A stretch of 64,000 nt of DNA from Pristiophorus japonicus (Eukaryota): the NCBI RefSeq assembly GCF_044704955.1, contig NC_091985.1, positions 36,394,001 through 36,458,000 on the forward strand, given 5' to 3'. Shown here one piece after another: positions 24,722 to 37,217 of this stretch (its first letter is position 1; each line of letters opens with the position of its first letter). The position numbers were made by a program, and so were the translations under genes. Under the pieces are notes generated by a model that saw only the letters and a list, made by a program, of their open reading frames with translations, was not told the origin of the DNA and searched no databases.

Positions 24722-25051
24722 CTGTAACAGGACAAAAATACATTGAGTTAAAGCCACTGCAAAAAATCCATTACAACAAACTATTTTTCATCCCTGCTGC
24801 ATTAAATGGTAGCTGTAATTTCTTCAGCATTTTACATATTTAGATTCAACTGCTGTTAGACTTTGTTCAGAGTTCTTAATGACTTAGGAGGAATACTCCT
24901 GCTTCTCAGAAGAATGTTGATTACAAACTAGGAGCAGAGTTACATGTGCATATTAAATAGATCACCTGAACTACAGTCAAGTGCAGCAGGACAGTTTAAT
25001 CTATTGTCACTTTAAGTGAATAACTTATAAAAAGCATAGTGTATTACTCAC

Positions 25052-25110
25052 CTCTTCTGCTGCAGCACTCATGCCAGCATCATCCTTAAAACCCTTTTTC
25101 TGTTTCTTTC
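25052..25110 (-). CDS. CEBPZ: CEBPZ exon 14
   Basis: GKKQKKGFKDDAGMSAAAEE; AG/GTGAGT. Confidence 0.88.
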
Positions 25111-25369
25111 CTGCAACAGTTCATATTTCAAGATATTTGAAAATAACCACACAATTAGAATCTACACGTACCTAAATCTCAAATCTAAAAAATTACCTTT
25201 TTTTAAAAAAAAAAGTCTTTACACTGAGAACACAAAACAATTTTGCATTTCCATGCTCGTGTTAGAAAACAGGTCAAAGTAATGAGATGTACTTGGTCAA
25301 CACAAAAATTAAATGCTAACTTCAGATTACTTATATCTCTTCATAAAAGTCACCACGTCTCCCACTTCG

Positions 25370-26380
25370 GATGAAGCATTAGAGACGTCTGCCCACTCAA
25401 GTGGACGTAAAAGATCCCATGGCACTATTTCAAAGAGCATGGGAGTTCTGCCCAGTATCCTGGCCAATATTTATCCCTCAGTAACAAAAACATTATCTGG
25501 TCATTATTATGTTTGTAAGGGGGTAAAAAGTACACGAGTAAAAAGCATAAGGGAATTAGGAGGTTCTCAGGAATTGGGAGTTCCTGTGTTACGGTATGGA
25601 TTGTAATCTCGATTATGTATAACTCGCTTATGTATGTAAAGCAGGCTTATACACTCGCTTACATTGGGTTAAGAGGGAGGCAGCAATGCCTGATGGTTAA
25701 TGAACCATCATAAGTAGCCCACACTGCACTGACCCTTAGCACAGACTGATAGAAGATGAAAACATACACTCAGTACCGAATAACAAAAGACAGTAGAGGT
25801 CAGCAGTTGAGATACATAACATTTTGATTAGAGTCCTCAGGGAAGAGATAAGAAAGCCGGTGTTTGGGAACAGAATTACTTCACACGTCATGGGGACCAA
25901 GGCAAAGTTCACATAACTGAACAACACAAATTGACATGGACAGTTGGGAAACACCACTCAGAGCTAGTCTGATAAGAGATGACCAGTCAATGTAACTTCG
26001 CTGATGAGCAATAAACCAACTGGTGCTTTTGTGGGAGAGGTGGACACACTTGGGTTTGTTGCATAATTGTGGGTGAGAACCATTGTTCTGGGAAGGTTCG
26101 TGTTTGAACTCTTCCCTTGCATATGCTCGAAATAAAGCCGGTTGAACTGAAGGTTTCATCTGAGTGATTCCGTGGTCGCTATGTCAAAGGACAGGTGTCG
26201 ATTCCTTATATCAGGGAGTCCACCTTGAGGGAGAGAAGTCTTCTCTTTATCCCAACTCGTTGCTGTGTGCAAATTGGCTGCCGCGTTTCCCACATTACAA
26301 CAGTGACTTCATTGGCTGTGAAGCGCTTTGGGACGTCCGGTGGTCATGAAAGGTGCTATATAAATGCAAGTCTTTTTTTT
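25370..26380 (+). mobile_element. Deu-domain SINE interrupted by an LTR-like insertion
   Basis: aaagatcccatggcactattt...tcctggccaatatttatccctc core; resumes near 26259 with ttgctgtgtgcaaattggctgccgcg and an L2-like tail. Confidence 0.75.
25514..26210 (+). mobile_element. Putative LTR (about 700 bp) inside the SINE
   Basis: Starts TGTAAGG, AATAAA at 26131, possible mutated end CCTTATA; no clear TSD. Confidence 0.45.
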
Positions 26381-27639
26381 GATCTGATAAGGGGGCTAAT
26401 AATCCTAAAACATTAATTTACAACTTCACAAATGTAGAGGCCCAATATAGGTGGCTTTTTCTTTTAATTACTGAATGTAATGCATTGGTTGTAATCTACC
26501 AAAATTCCCTGGATTCTAGGGAGATCCCAGGGGATTGGAAAACTGCAAGTGTAACACCCTATTTTTAAAAAAACAGACAGAAAGCAGGAAACTATAGACC
26601 AGTTAGCCTAACATCTGTCGTTGGGAAAATGCCGGAGTCCATTATTAAGGAAGCAGTAGCAGGACAGTGTGGTATACAATCATTGGCCATTATGGCCGGG
26701 TACAACCCTATCCTCTCACAACACACAGTAATACACTTCCATTGCTGGACAACCAGAGAGCAGCAGGACAGAGTTTAATTCACTCCCCCCCTACCCCCGA
26801 TCCTAACATGGGATGCAAAGGTCAATTTTTGTAGTGCAAATGTCTTCCTCAGTAGATCAACTAATTAGTCATGGACTAGGGAAATCGGAGATCCTTCTTA
26901 TTGTATAGCTCAATGTCAAATCACATGGTACATTCAGCGAGTTGCAGTTAACTTTATCAAGATGGAAACAGACTTTGAGCAGAAGAATGTGTGTCTGAAG
27001 ACAGTGTCAAAGACATAGGTTGTGGGCTGGCTTTCGAAGGTAGGCAGATCAGAATGGGGTAAGGTTGGCTGGTAAGGTGAATTCTAAATGGTAGGGTGCA
27101 GGCAGCAGAAGTCTCCCATGGATAGTTGAGGTGGGAAGGATACAAAGGAGGCCAGAGTTGGAAGAACAGAGGAGAGTGCAGATGTATGTGGTGAAGCCTT
27201 GGAATGATTTATAAATGAAAATCAAGATTTTGAATCAAGATGCAGAGCCAATGGAGTTTGGTGAAAACAAATGACATGGATGCAGCCAGTCGAGTTTTGT
27301 GTCAGTTAAAGTTCATACAGGATGGAGCACAGGAAGCTGGGAAGGAGAAGTTAAAACAGGAAGTTACATAGTCAAGAATGTGGATTTCAGGGTAGTGGGC
27401 TCATCTTAGCCAGAAGGGCATAAAGCACTACTCGGTTAGGGAGACTATATTCAGACATGGTTCACACTTAAGATTGCTAATCAGCGACTCACGTGAGGGT
27501 GCGTGCATAAATAATTATATCTTGGAACTTGTAAAACCATAACTTGTAGTAAGAAAATAAAAATCCCAGAAATGTTCTTTCAACCTTAGAATAATCCTAA
27601 AAATACAAGTGTTGTTCAAAGCAGACCAGTTGAATATAT

Positions 27640-28085
27640 GCAAAAGCAAAATACTGCAGATGCTGGAATCTGAAATAAAAACAGAATGCTGGAAATCTCA
27701 GCGGGGTCAGGCAGCAGCTGTGGAGAGAAAAACAGAGTTAACGTTTCGGATCGAGGATCCTTCGTCAGAACTGCCAAATGTTCAAAAAGAGCACATTCTT
27801 AAGCACTGAAAGGGAGAGGGGGAAGAAAAAACAAAAGGGAAGGTCTGTGATAGGGCAGGAGAGATTAAAGACACAAAAGGGATGATGGGCCGAATTGAAA
27901 TGGTAATAATGACAAGTTAGAAAAAGATTAATCTGGATAGGCTGTGAATGGCATAGCAATGACCAGCTGCCATTATAAACAAAGAGGGGGGGAAAAAAAA
28001 GAGAAAAAAAAACACATAATGGGGGGAGGGGGGGGGAGAAAGAGAGGAAAGGGAGCCAAAGATGGCCAGAGGTTATGCTCTGAAA
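27640..28085 (-). mobile_element. Penelope-like element terminal fragment
   Basis: Resembles, from recall, the abundant elasmobranch repeat gcagatgctggaatc...acgtttc...cttcgtcagaactg; carries a hammerhead core. Confidence 0.65.
27736..27772 (-). ncRNA. Minimal type I hammerhead ribozyme motif
   Basis: - strand AGUU-CUGACGA-A-GGAUC(CUC)GAUCC-GAAAC-GUU-AACU: both core boxes, 5-bp stem II, 4-bp stem I, palindromic stem III. Confidence 0.7.
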
Positions 28086-28128
28086 GTTAAATATATAGAA
28101 TGGTAATAAATTGCAAAAGTATTTGTAC

Positions 28129-28221
28129 CTGTAACAAATTTAGCAAAATCCAAGTCTTCACCCTTTTTCCTTTTACCGGACTTCTTAATACTTTTCTTGA
28201 TTGTTGCTGCGCTGTCAACCT
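28129..28221 (-). CDS. CEBPZ: CEBPZ exon 13
   Basis: EVDSAATIKKSIKKSGKRKKGEDLDFAKFVT; AG/GT. Confidence 0.85.
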
Positions 28222-28380
28222 CTGTATTTTAAATGAATAAGTATTATACAACAGTGTTTCAGGTTAAATGATTTGCCACGTAAAAATCCCAGTGCATCTA
28301 TTGATAACACTGTATAAATATATTATTCTAGGATGACTAAGCAAAAACAGGAAGTTTTAAAATATTAAAAATGCAAGTTA

Positions 28381-28862
28381 CAGGTGGAGCATTCGAAATC
28401 CGGAAACTTCGGGACAGAGGCCATTCCGGATTTCGGGTATTTCCGAATTTCGGACGTCTTTCTGACATCCCGAATCCGGAAACGCCTGGGCTGAGGTATC
28501 GGGAGCCTGGGAAGTCTGGCGGCGGAGTGGGGGTGTCGATGGTTCCGGGTTCACCAGCCTCGGCTGCTGATCAGGGGTCGAGAAAAACCTGTATTGAATA
28601 CCTACAAAAAAAGGTAAGTTAAAGTTTTTATTTTTTTAATTCTTTTTCAGCGATTTAGTAGGTAAGGGTTTTGTGAATGTTTTGTGAATTTTTGTTTTTT
28701 GGAGGTGTTTTTCCCCCTCCCCAGGCCCAACTCGGTAATCGGTTTAAAAAAATGTTTGGATTCCATTTTCCGGATTCCGGATGACCCCACCACGGATCGG
28801 CCCGGTGTCTGGATTCTGGAACATTCGAATTTCAGAACTCCGGATTTCGGATGCTCAATCTG
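28381..28862. mobile_element. Tc1/mariner (Tigger/pogo-like) MITE
   Basis: 24-bp TIRs CAGGTGGAGCATTCGAAATCCGGA / CAGATTGAGCATCCGAAATCCGGA (21/24 identical), TA on both sides, no transposase. Confidence 0.88.
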
Positions 28863-29177
28863 TACCTTCAAATGCTTCCATTTCATTATCTTCAAGATCT
28901 GACAATAGAACTGGTGTTGTGTATATTCTCATCTACTAGTTAATTTTCATCTATTTACTTATCAACTGATGAACCAGCTTAAAAGCACTTGTGCAAATAT
29001 TTAATGTCCAGTAGTTAAGAGAAGGTACATGCAGTTAAGTACAGATACAAGTATATAGTTTATAGGCATTTGAAGATTTTGATTTATAAATACTTCACAT
29101 AGCTTCTCTGTGGAGTCCATCTTGTTAATAGCAGGATAAGTTATATTATGCAATGTTACATCAAGTATGAATAGTAC

Positions 29178-29356
29178 CTTCTAAATCATCTGGTTCGTCC
29201 ATAAATACTCCTCCTTCTTCTCCCACTTCTCCAAAGTCTTCCTCATCCAAGCTTCCTAATGATATTTCTTCATCATCCAAATCACCCACATCATCTTCAT
29301 CCAGGTCTGAATCGGCGTGCTCAGCAACTCCTTTTGCTGATTTCGGTTTCATATTA
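29178..29356 (-). CDS. CEBPZ: CEBPZ exon 12 (acidic)
   Basis: NMKPKSAK...DDEEISLGSLDEEDFGEVGEEGGVFMD; AG/GT. Confidence 0.9.
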
Positions 29357-30486
29357 CTATGAAAATAGAAGACATTTGTTTTTATAAGTTAGTGGCTTCT
29401 TGTTTTTTTTACACTGAATTATCCAACGATGAGAACTGCATGGCAGTAAAATAAAGACGAGTGAAATTGTTAAAACACAAAGCAGTATCCGATTGTTCTC
29501 CCTCTCTGTCCTTTAAAAAGGTATACTAAAACACATCTCAGTACTTCGTTGTATTCAGCTAGCACGCCACTAGTTTCTCCCTATGCCAGTGATACTCAAC
29601 TTGCTGCCTCTATTCTATATTATGGATGCAGTGTCTTCTCGGGCAGTGAGAAATGTAAAATTCATATTTGATTAGCAAGTATGAAATTAAAACCGGAGTG
29701 ACTTATAAAATTACAATAACCATACATGTAACACAGCCTTGGGACATCCAGTGGTCATGAAAGGCACTATTTAGATGCAGGTCTTTTTTTCTTGTTCTTT
29801 AATTTCTAAATTTGCAGATGGCACCAAATTTTGGGGCGGGGGGGGGGGGGGGGGGGGGTGGAAATAGTCAATACTGAGGGGAACTAACAAATTCCAGGAG
29901 GACATTAATAAACTTGCAGAATGGGCATATAATTGGCAAATGAAGTTCAACACATAAATGTGAGGTATTACATTTTGGTAGGAATAGGGAGGTCACTTAT
30001 TACTTGGGGGGTGCAAGTCTAGGTGGGGTAGAGGAACAAAGGGATCTCGGAGTACACAAATCACAAAGTTGTGACACAGGTTGTCTGATAAGTCACTGAA
30101 TGGTTTGGCACTTCATTAGGAAAACTAAATGATGCATCTTCTAACTCAAAGATATTAGCAGGTTATAGAACAGGGTTTGGGGGACATGACCCAGGAAGAA
30201 AATTAATCTTAATTACAGCTCAAAAATAAAAGCAATATAAATATATAGTTTAAAAAAAAAACAGTATGAAATCCCACAATTTTTGTTATGGTTCCCTCCT
30301 GACCATGACCATATGGCCAACTTGCTCAAATGTCCTTGCCAACACTTTCAGCTAGCCACTAGGAGGCACACAAAAGTTGCTGGAGGATGACTGAAAGATG
30401 TCTTACCTCTACTCAATGCTCCCCTCAAGGACTGGGAACTTAGCATGATTGTGGAGGCAAGAAAATCAAACCAACATGTTTCAGTA

Positions 30487-31585
30487 TAGGAACAGGAGTA
30501 GGCCATTCAGCCCATCAAGCTTGTTCCATCATCCAATTAGATCATTGGCTGATCTGTCCCTCAACTCCATTTATGCTCCTTTGTTCCATATCCCTTGATA
30601 CCCTTACCTAACAAATATCTATCGATCTCAGTTCTTGAAAATTTCAGTTTACCCAACATCCACAGCCTTTTGGGGGATTAAGTTCAAGATTTCTACTACC
30701 TTCCATGTGGAAAAAGTTCTTCCTGTTTTTATTCCTAAATAGCCAAGCTGTAATTTTAAAAAGTGTATGCCACCAAAGGAAATAGTTTATCTGTATCTAT
30801 CCTATTGAATCCCTTTAAAATTTGAACCACCTCTATTAAATCATCAAATTTCTAAACTTGAGAATACAAGCCAGGTTTATGCAACCAGTCCTCATAATTT
30901 AACCCTTTAAGCCTGGTATCAGTGACGATGCTGCACCCTTCCCAAGGACAATATAGCTTTCCGGAAGTTCAGTGCCCAGTACTGATGCAGTACTCCAGAT
31001 GGGTTCCAAGGCTCTATACAACTGAAGCATCACTTCCACACTTTTGAATTTCAATCCCCCTCGAGATAAAGACCAACATTTCATTAATGTATTTGATTGC
31101 TTTTGCTACCTGTACACACTTTGTGACTTGTGTACACTGACACCTAAATCTCTTTGTTCCCCACAGCTGCCACCTCTCACCAATAAGAAAATATTCCAAA
31201 TGGATGACCTCACACTTCCCCATATTGAACTCCATCTGTTATGGTTTTGCACACTCACTTGATCTATCCATGTGTAACTTGCTGCTTCCATCCACACAAC
31301 TTACTGTGCCCCTATATTAAGTGTCATCTGTAAACTTGACATACAACTCTCTATTCCTTCATCCAAGTCATTAATATATATTATATGGCGAAAAGCTGAG
31401 GCCCCAGTACAAATCTATAGGGAACATCACTCATCGCATTCTGACAATCCAAGAACAAATGTTTTATCCCTACTCTGTCTCCTACCTGCCAACCAATTAC
31501 AAACTCATGTCACAAGCAGTCCTGTTTGCTAATAATCTCTTATGCGGAATCTTATCAAATGCTTCTGGAAATCCATATATACACA
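30487..31585 (-). mobile_element. Older CR1 3' fragment
   Basis: Reverse tail aggaacaggagtaggccattcagccc; degenerate RT and C-terminus. Confidence 0.75.
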
Positions 31586-31751
31586 ACCTCCTGGTAAAGT
31601 GCCACTTGAATTACAGGGCTTAGAATCATCTTGTCAAAATACATAGGCATTATCCCTAAACATTAAGCATGCAAAAGGGTAAATCTTCTCCCCTGAAAAA
31701 ACAGTTGGGTGTTATTTATTGGTTGAAATTATACAATACAATAAACCTTAC

Positions 31752-31812
31752 CTAGCAAAATCTAAACTGTCATCAATTAATGTTTCAAAACATTTGTCTC
31801 CTTCATAGGAAT
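31752..31812 (-). CDS. CEBPZ: CEBPZ exon 11
   Basis: DSYEGDKCFETLIDDSLDFA; AG/GT, phase consistent. Confidence 0.88.
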
Positions 31813-32046
31813 CTGTAATGGTAAAATGCACAAAATAAACATGACTTAAAATGTTTCACACTTCATTTATATTAGTGAAACACACAACAGTACATTAATT
31901 ATTTTGAGAAGAGGAGCTATTGATGAGAAACATTGTCTACTACCATGATTCTACACATCTCTAGCAAAAATCTACTCATCAACTGCACACCAAAACATTA
32001 AAAATTCTTCATGATATATTTAAATACCTAGAATAATAATGCTTAC

Positions 32047-32147
32047 CAAGCAGCTGCTCAAACTCATCATCATCCACTTCTTCCACAGGTTCATTGTCTC
32101 CACGGAATCGTCGTGATTTCTGCGATGCATTAAGTCTTTTGTAATAT
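32047..32147 (-). CDS. CEBPZ: CEBPZ exon 10
   Basis: YYKRLNASQKSRRFRGDNEPVEEVDDDEFEQLL; AG/GT. Confidence 0.9.
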
Positions 32148-33275
32148 CTGAATAAATGCAATAATTAGACACTTCAGACATCACATCTGTTAAGTTTCTT
32201 GAAATGTTGAGGTCTCTTTAGTTCTGTTGCCATTGGAATCATAAAGAATTCAGATTCAAAACATTCTGACTCAGTCCCTAATCATCCTATCCCAGCTAAA
32301 ACTTTTGTTTAAGTATCGACCCAGTGTTGAAAAATTGCTGCCAAATCTTTGTTGCACATGGTAGTCATCGGTTCTAATTATTGGAGTTAATTTTAAAAAA
32401 CAGAAATTAAATTTAGACATTCCAAAAAAAAAGCTTTCTAATCAAATCATCTCTATATGCTGTAACATTAAACATTCTCAATGTGCTCTTCACTGTGGGT
32501 AGCCAAGTGTAGGTTACCAAAATGAGGATTGTGAAATAGGATCGAAACACAGAATACGACCTGCCACGAGGCACTGAAAAAAATATCCTAGAAGAAATAT
32601 CAACGTTTATTACTTATTGTGCTGTGAAACACACACAAAATAAAGTTGTAGTGGATTACCTCAATTTTATACTAATCTGTATTCTCCTATTGTAATAATC
32701 CAATGACTCACTAGCATCGAACTCCATATATGTACCTGTGTATTTAGGATTTACCACTTTCATTACAATTCCCTACATATTCTAATTAACAACTTGCTTT
32801 TATATATAGCATTTAATGTAGTAAAATGTTCTAAGGTGTTTCACAGGAGTCAAATTACTCAAACTAATGATACCAAAGCATGATAGAGACACCAGGACAG
32901 GTGAAAGAGATAGGTTTTAAGGAGTATCTTAAAAGGAGAGGGAGAAGTTTAGTGAGGGAGTTCAAGAGCCAAGGGCCTGGTTAGCTGAAGGCAATGTCTG
33001 CCAATGATAGGGCAAAGGACGGCAGGAATGCAAAAGAGGCCAGAAATGGAGGGTTCTAAGAGGTTACAGACAGAGAGGGCCGAGGCCATGGAAGGATTTG
33101 ACCATGAGATGTCATCAGCATACATGTAGAATCTGACATGTTTTCAGATGTCGTCAAGAGGCAGCATGTAGATGAGAAATAAGAGGGGACCAAGGATGGA
33201 GGTAACAGTGCGGTGTGGGAGATAAGCCATTTGCAGGAGATTCTCTGGCTACAACTGGATATATAAGAATGGAAC

Positions 33276-33740
33276 CATCATTATAGGCAGTCCCTCGGAA
33301 TCGAGGAAGACTTGCTTCCACTCCTGAAGTGAGTTCTTTGGTGGCTGAACAGTCCAATACAAGAGCCACAGACCCACAGGTGGGACAGATAGTCGTCGAG
33401 GGAAGGGCTGGGTGGGACTGGTATGCCGCATGCTTTTTCCGCTGCCTGCGTTTGATTTCTGCACACTCGGCGCTGAGACTCGAAGTGCTCAGCGCCCTCC
33501 TGGTTGCCCCACTTAGGGCAATCTTTGGCCAGGGCCTCCCAGGTGTCAGTGGGGATGTCGCACTTGATCAGGGTGGCTTTGAGGATGTCCATGTAACATT
33601 TCCGCTGCCCACCTTTGGCCATTTGCCGTGAAGGAGCTCCGTATAGAGCACTTGCTTTGGGAGTCTCGTGTGTGGCATGCAAACTATGTGGCCTGCCCAG
33701 TGGAGCTGATCGAATGTGGTCAGTGCTTCAACGCTGCCAG
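33276..33740 (-). mobile_element. RTE LINE 3' fragment within an L2 remnant (about 32790-33880)
   Basis: KGGQRKCYMDILKATL...TDTWEALAKDCPKW; flanked by L2-type sequence. Confidence 0.82.
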
Positions 33741-33881
33741 ACAATGGAGATGCTGCAGGTCGAGAAGAATGAAAAGGGAAAGTGCTCCACGGTTACGGTC
33801 ATTCGGACTGTGCTTTCAGTTACTCCCCTCTCTGCACCATTGCTCGGTATCCATTTCTCCTCACAAAGCACCCAGAGATGT

Positions 33882-36800
33882 TAGAAACATAGAAAATAGG
33901 TGCAAGCCTGCACCACCATTCAATAAGATCATGGCTGATCACTCCCTCAGTACCCCTTTTCTGCTTTCTCTCCATACCCCTTGATCCCCTTAGCCGTAAG
34001 GGCCATATCTAACTCCCTCTTGAATATATCCAATGAACTGGCATCAACAACACTCTGCGGCAGGGAATTCCACAGGTTAACAACTCTGAATGAAGAAGTT
34101 TCTCCTCATCTCAGTCCTATATGGCCTCCCCTTATCCTAAGACTGTGTCCCCTGGTTCTGGACTTCTCAACATCGGGAACATTCTACCCGCATCTAATCT
34201 GTCCCGTCCCGTCAGAATCTTATATGTTTCTATGGGATCCTCTCATCCTTCTAAACTCCAATGTATAAAGGCCCAGTTGATCCAGTCTCTCCTCATATGT
34301 CAGTCCAGCCATCCCTGGAATCAGTCTGGTGAACCTTTGCTGCACTCAGTCAATATCAAGAACGTCCTTCCTCAGATTAGGAGACCAAAACTGAACACAA
34401 TATTCCAGGTGAGGCCTCACCAAGGCCCTATACAACTGCAGTAAAACCTCCCTGCTCCTGTACTCAAATCCCCTAGCTATGAAGGCCAACATACCATTTG
34501 CCTTCTTCACCGCCTGCTGTACCTGCATGCCAACCTTCAATGATTGATGTACCATGACACCCAGGTCTCGTTGCACCTCCCCTTTTCCTAATCTGTCACC
34601 ATTCAGATAATAGTATGTCTCTCTGTTTTTACCACCAAAGTGGATAACCTCACATTTATCCACATTATACTTCATCTGCCATGCATTTGCCAACTCACCT
34701 AACCTATCCAAGTCACTCTGCAGCCTCATAGCATCCTCCTCGCAGCTCACACTGCCACCCAACTTAGTGTCATCCGCAAATTTGGAGATACTACATTTAA
34801 TCCCCTCGTCCAAATCATTAATGTACAATGTAAACAGCTGGGGCCCCAGCACAGAACCTTGCGGTACCCCACTAGTCACTGCCTGCCATTCTGAAAAGTA
34901 CCCATTTACTCCTACTCTTTGCTTCCTGTCTGACAACCAGTTCTCAATCCACGTCAGCACACTATCCCCAATCCCATGTGCTTTAACTTTGCATATTAAT
35001 CTCTTGTGTGGGACCTTGTCGAAAGCCTTCTGAAAGTCCAAATACACCACATCAACTGGTTCTCCCTTATCCACTCTACTGGAAACATCCTCAAAAAATT
35101 TGTCAAGCATGATTTCCCTTTCACAAATCCATGCTGACTTGGACCCATCATGTCACCTCTTTCCAAATGCGCTGCTATGACATTCTTAATAATTGATTCC
35201 ATCATTTTACCCACTACCGATGTCAGGCTGACCGGTCTATAATTCCCCGTTTTCACTCCCTCCTTTTTTAAAAAGTGGGGTTACATTGGCTACCCTCCAT
35301 TCCATAGGAACTGATCCACAGTCTATGAAATGTTGGAAAATGACTGTCAATGCATCCGCTATTTCCAAGGCCACCTCCTTAAGTACTCTGGGATGCAGTC
35401 CATCAGGCCCTGGGGATTTATCGGCCTTCAATCCCAACACAATTTCCCGACTAATAAGGATTTTCCTCAGTTCCTCCTTCTTAGACCCTCTGACCCCTTT
35501 TATATCCGGAAGGTTGTTTGTGTCCTCCTTAGTGAATACCGAACCAAAGTACTTGTTCAATTGGTCTGCCATTTCTTTGTTCCCCGTTATGACTTCCCCT
35601 GATTCTGACTGCAGGGGACCTACGTTTGTCTTTACTCACCTTTTTCTCTTTACATATCTATAGAAACTTTTGCAGTCCGTCTTAATGATCCCTGCAAGCT
35701 TCCTCTCGTACTCTATTTTCCCTGTCCTAATCAAACCCTTTGTCCTCCTCTGCTGAGTTCTAAATTTCTCCAGTCCCCGGGTTCGCTGCTATTTCTGGCC
35801 AATTTGTATGCCACTTCCTCGGCTTTAATACTATCCCTGATTTCCCTTGATAGCCACAGTTGAGCCACCTTCCCTTTTTTATTTTTACGCCAGACAGGGA
35901 TGTACAATTGTTGTAGTTCATCCATGCGGTCTCGAAATGTCTGCCATTGCCCATCCACAGTCAACCCCTTAAGTATCATTCGCCAATCTATTCTAGCCAA
36001 TTCACGACTCATACCTTCAAAGTTACCCTTCTTTAAGTTCTGGACCATGGTCTCTGAATTAACTGTTTCATTCTCCATCCTAATGTAGAATTCCACCATA
36101 TTATGGTCACTCTTCCCCAAGGGGCCTCGCACAACGAGATTGCTAATTAATTCTCTCTCATTACACAACACCCAGTCTAAGATGGCCTCCCCCCTTGTTG
36201 GTTCCTCGACATATTGGTCTAGGTTATGCACTCCAGGAAATCCTCCTCCACCGTATTGCTTCCAGTTTGGTTAGCCCAATCTATATGCATATTAAAGTCA
36301 CCCATGATAATTGCTGCACCCCTAATTTCCTGTTTGATGCCCTCCCCAATATCACTACTACTGTTTGGAAGTCTGTACACAACTCCCACTAACGGTTTTT
36401 GCCCTTTGGTGTTCTGCAGCTCTACCCATATAGATTCCACATCATCCAAGCTAATGTTCTTCCTAACTATTGCATTAATTTCCTCTTTAACCAGCAACAC
36501 CACCCACCTCCTTTTCCTTTCTGTCTATCCTTCCTAAATGTTGAATACCCCTGGATGTTGAGTTCCCAGCCTTGGTCACCCCGGAGCCACGTCTCCGTGA
36601 TGCCAATTACATCATACCCGTTAACTGCTATCTGCGCAGTTAATTCGTTCACCTTTTTCCGAATGCTCCTCGCATTGAGGCACAGAGCCTTCAGGCTCGT
36701 CTTTCTAACACACTTTGCCCCTTTAAAATTTTGCTGTAATGTGGCCCTTTTTCTTTTTGCCTTAGATTTCTCTGCCCTCCACTTTTACTTTTCTTCTTTC

Positions 36801-37046
36801 TAACTTTTGCTTCTGCCCCCATTCTACTTCCCTCTGTCTCCCTGCATAGGTTCCCAGCCCCCTGCCATATTAGTTTAACTCCTCCCCAACAGCACCAGCA
36901 AACACTCCCCCCTAGGACATTGGTTCCGGTCCTGCCCAGGTGCAGACCGTCCGGTTTGTACTGATCCCACCTCCCCCAGAACCAGTTCCAATGTCCCAGG
37001 AATTTGAATCCCTCCCTTCTGCACCACTCCTCAAGCCACGTATTCA
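33882..37046 (-). mobile_element. Long CR1 LINE (ORF1 esterase end, endonuclease, RT, tail) in CEBPZ intron 9
   Basis: WLEEWCRREGF...DGLHL (SGNH-like), ITETWL, GDFN, SDHN, RT motifs; frameshifted. Confidence 0.93.
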
Positions 37047-37150
37047 TGTGTCTATGTGAAGAGCTGTATATAAATGTGTGCTATTGTGTACTAATGATCC
37101 TTATCAATGACATATAATAACAAATGCCATAAAATAATCAACCATCTTAC

Positions 37151-37217
37151 CTGTGGAAAAATATTTCATCCACTGGGATCTGGCTCTCCTCCCGTTCAAT
37201 AAACTTCTGACTATTCA
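37151..37217 (-). CDS. CEBPZ: CEBPZ exon 9
   Basis: VNSQKFIEREESQIPVDEIFFHR; AG/GT. Confidence 0.92.

Noticed and set aside
29833-29860. Poly-G runs here and at about 54665-54683 as G-quadruplex elements
   Set aside because: Simple homopolymers, the first inside a CR1 remnant; length may be an assembly artefact; no functional evidence
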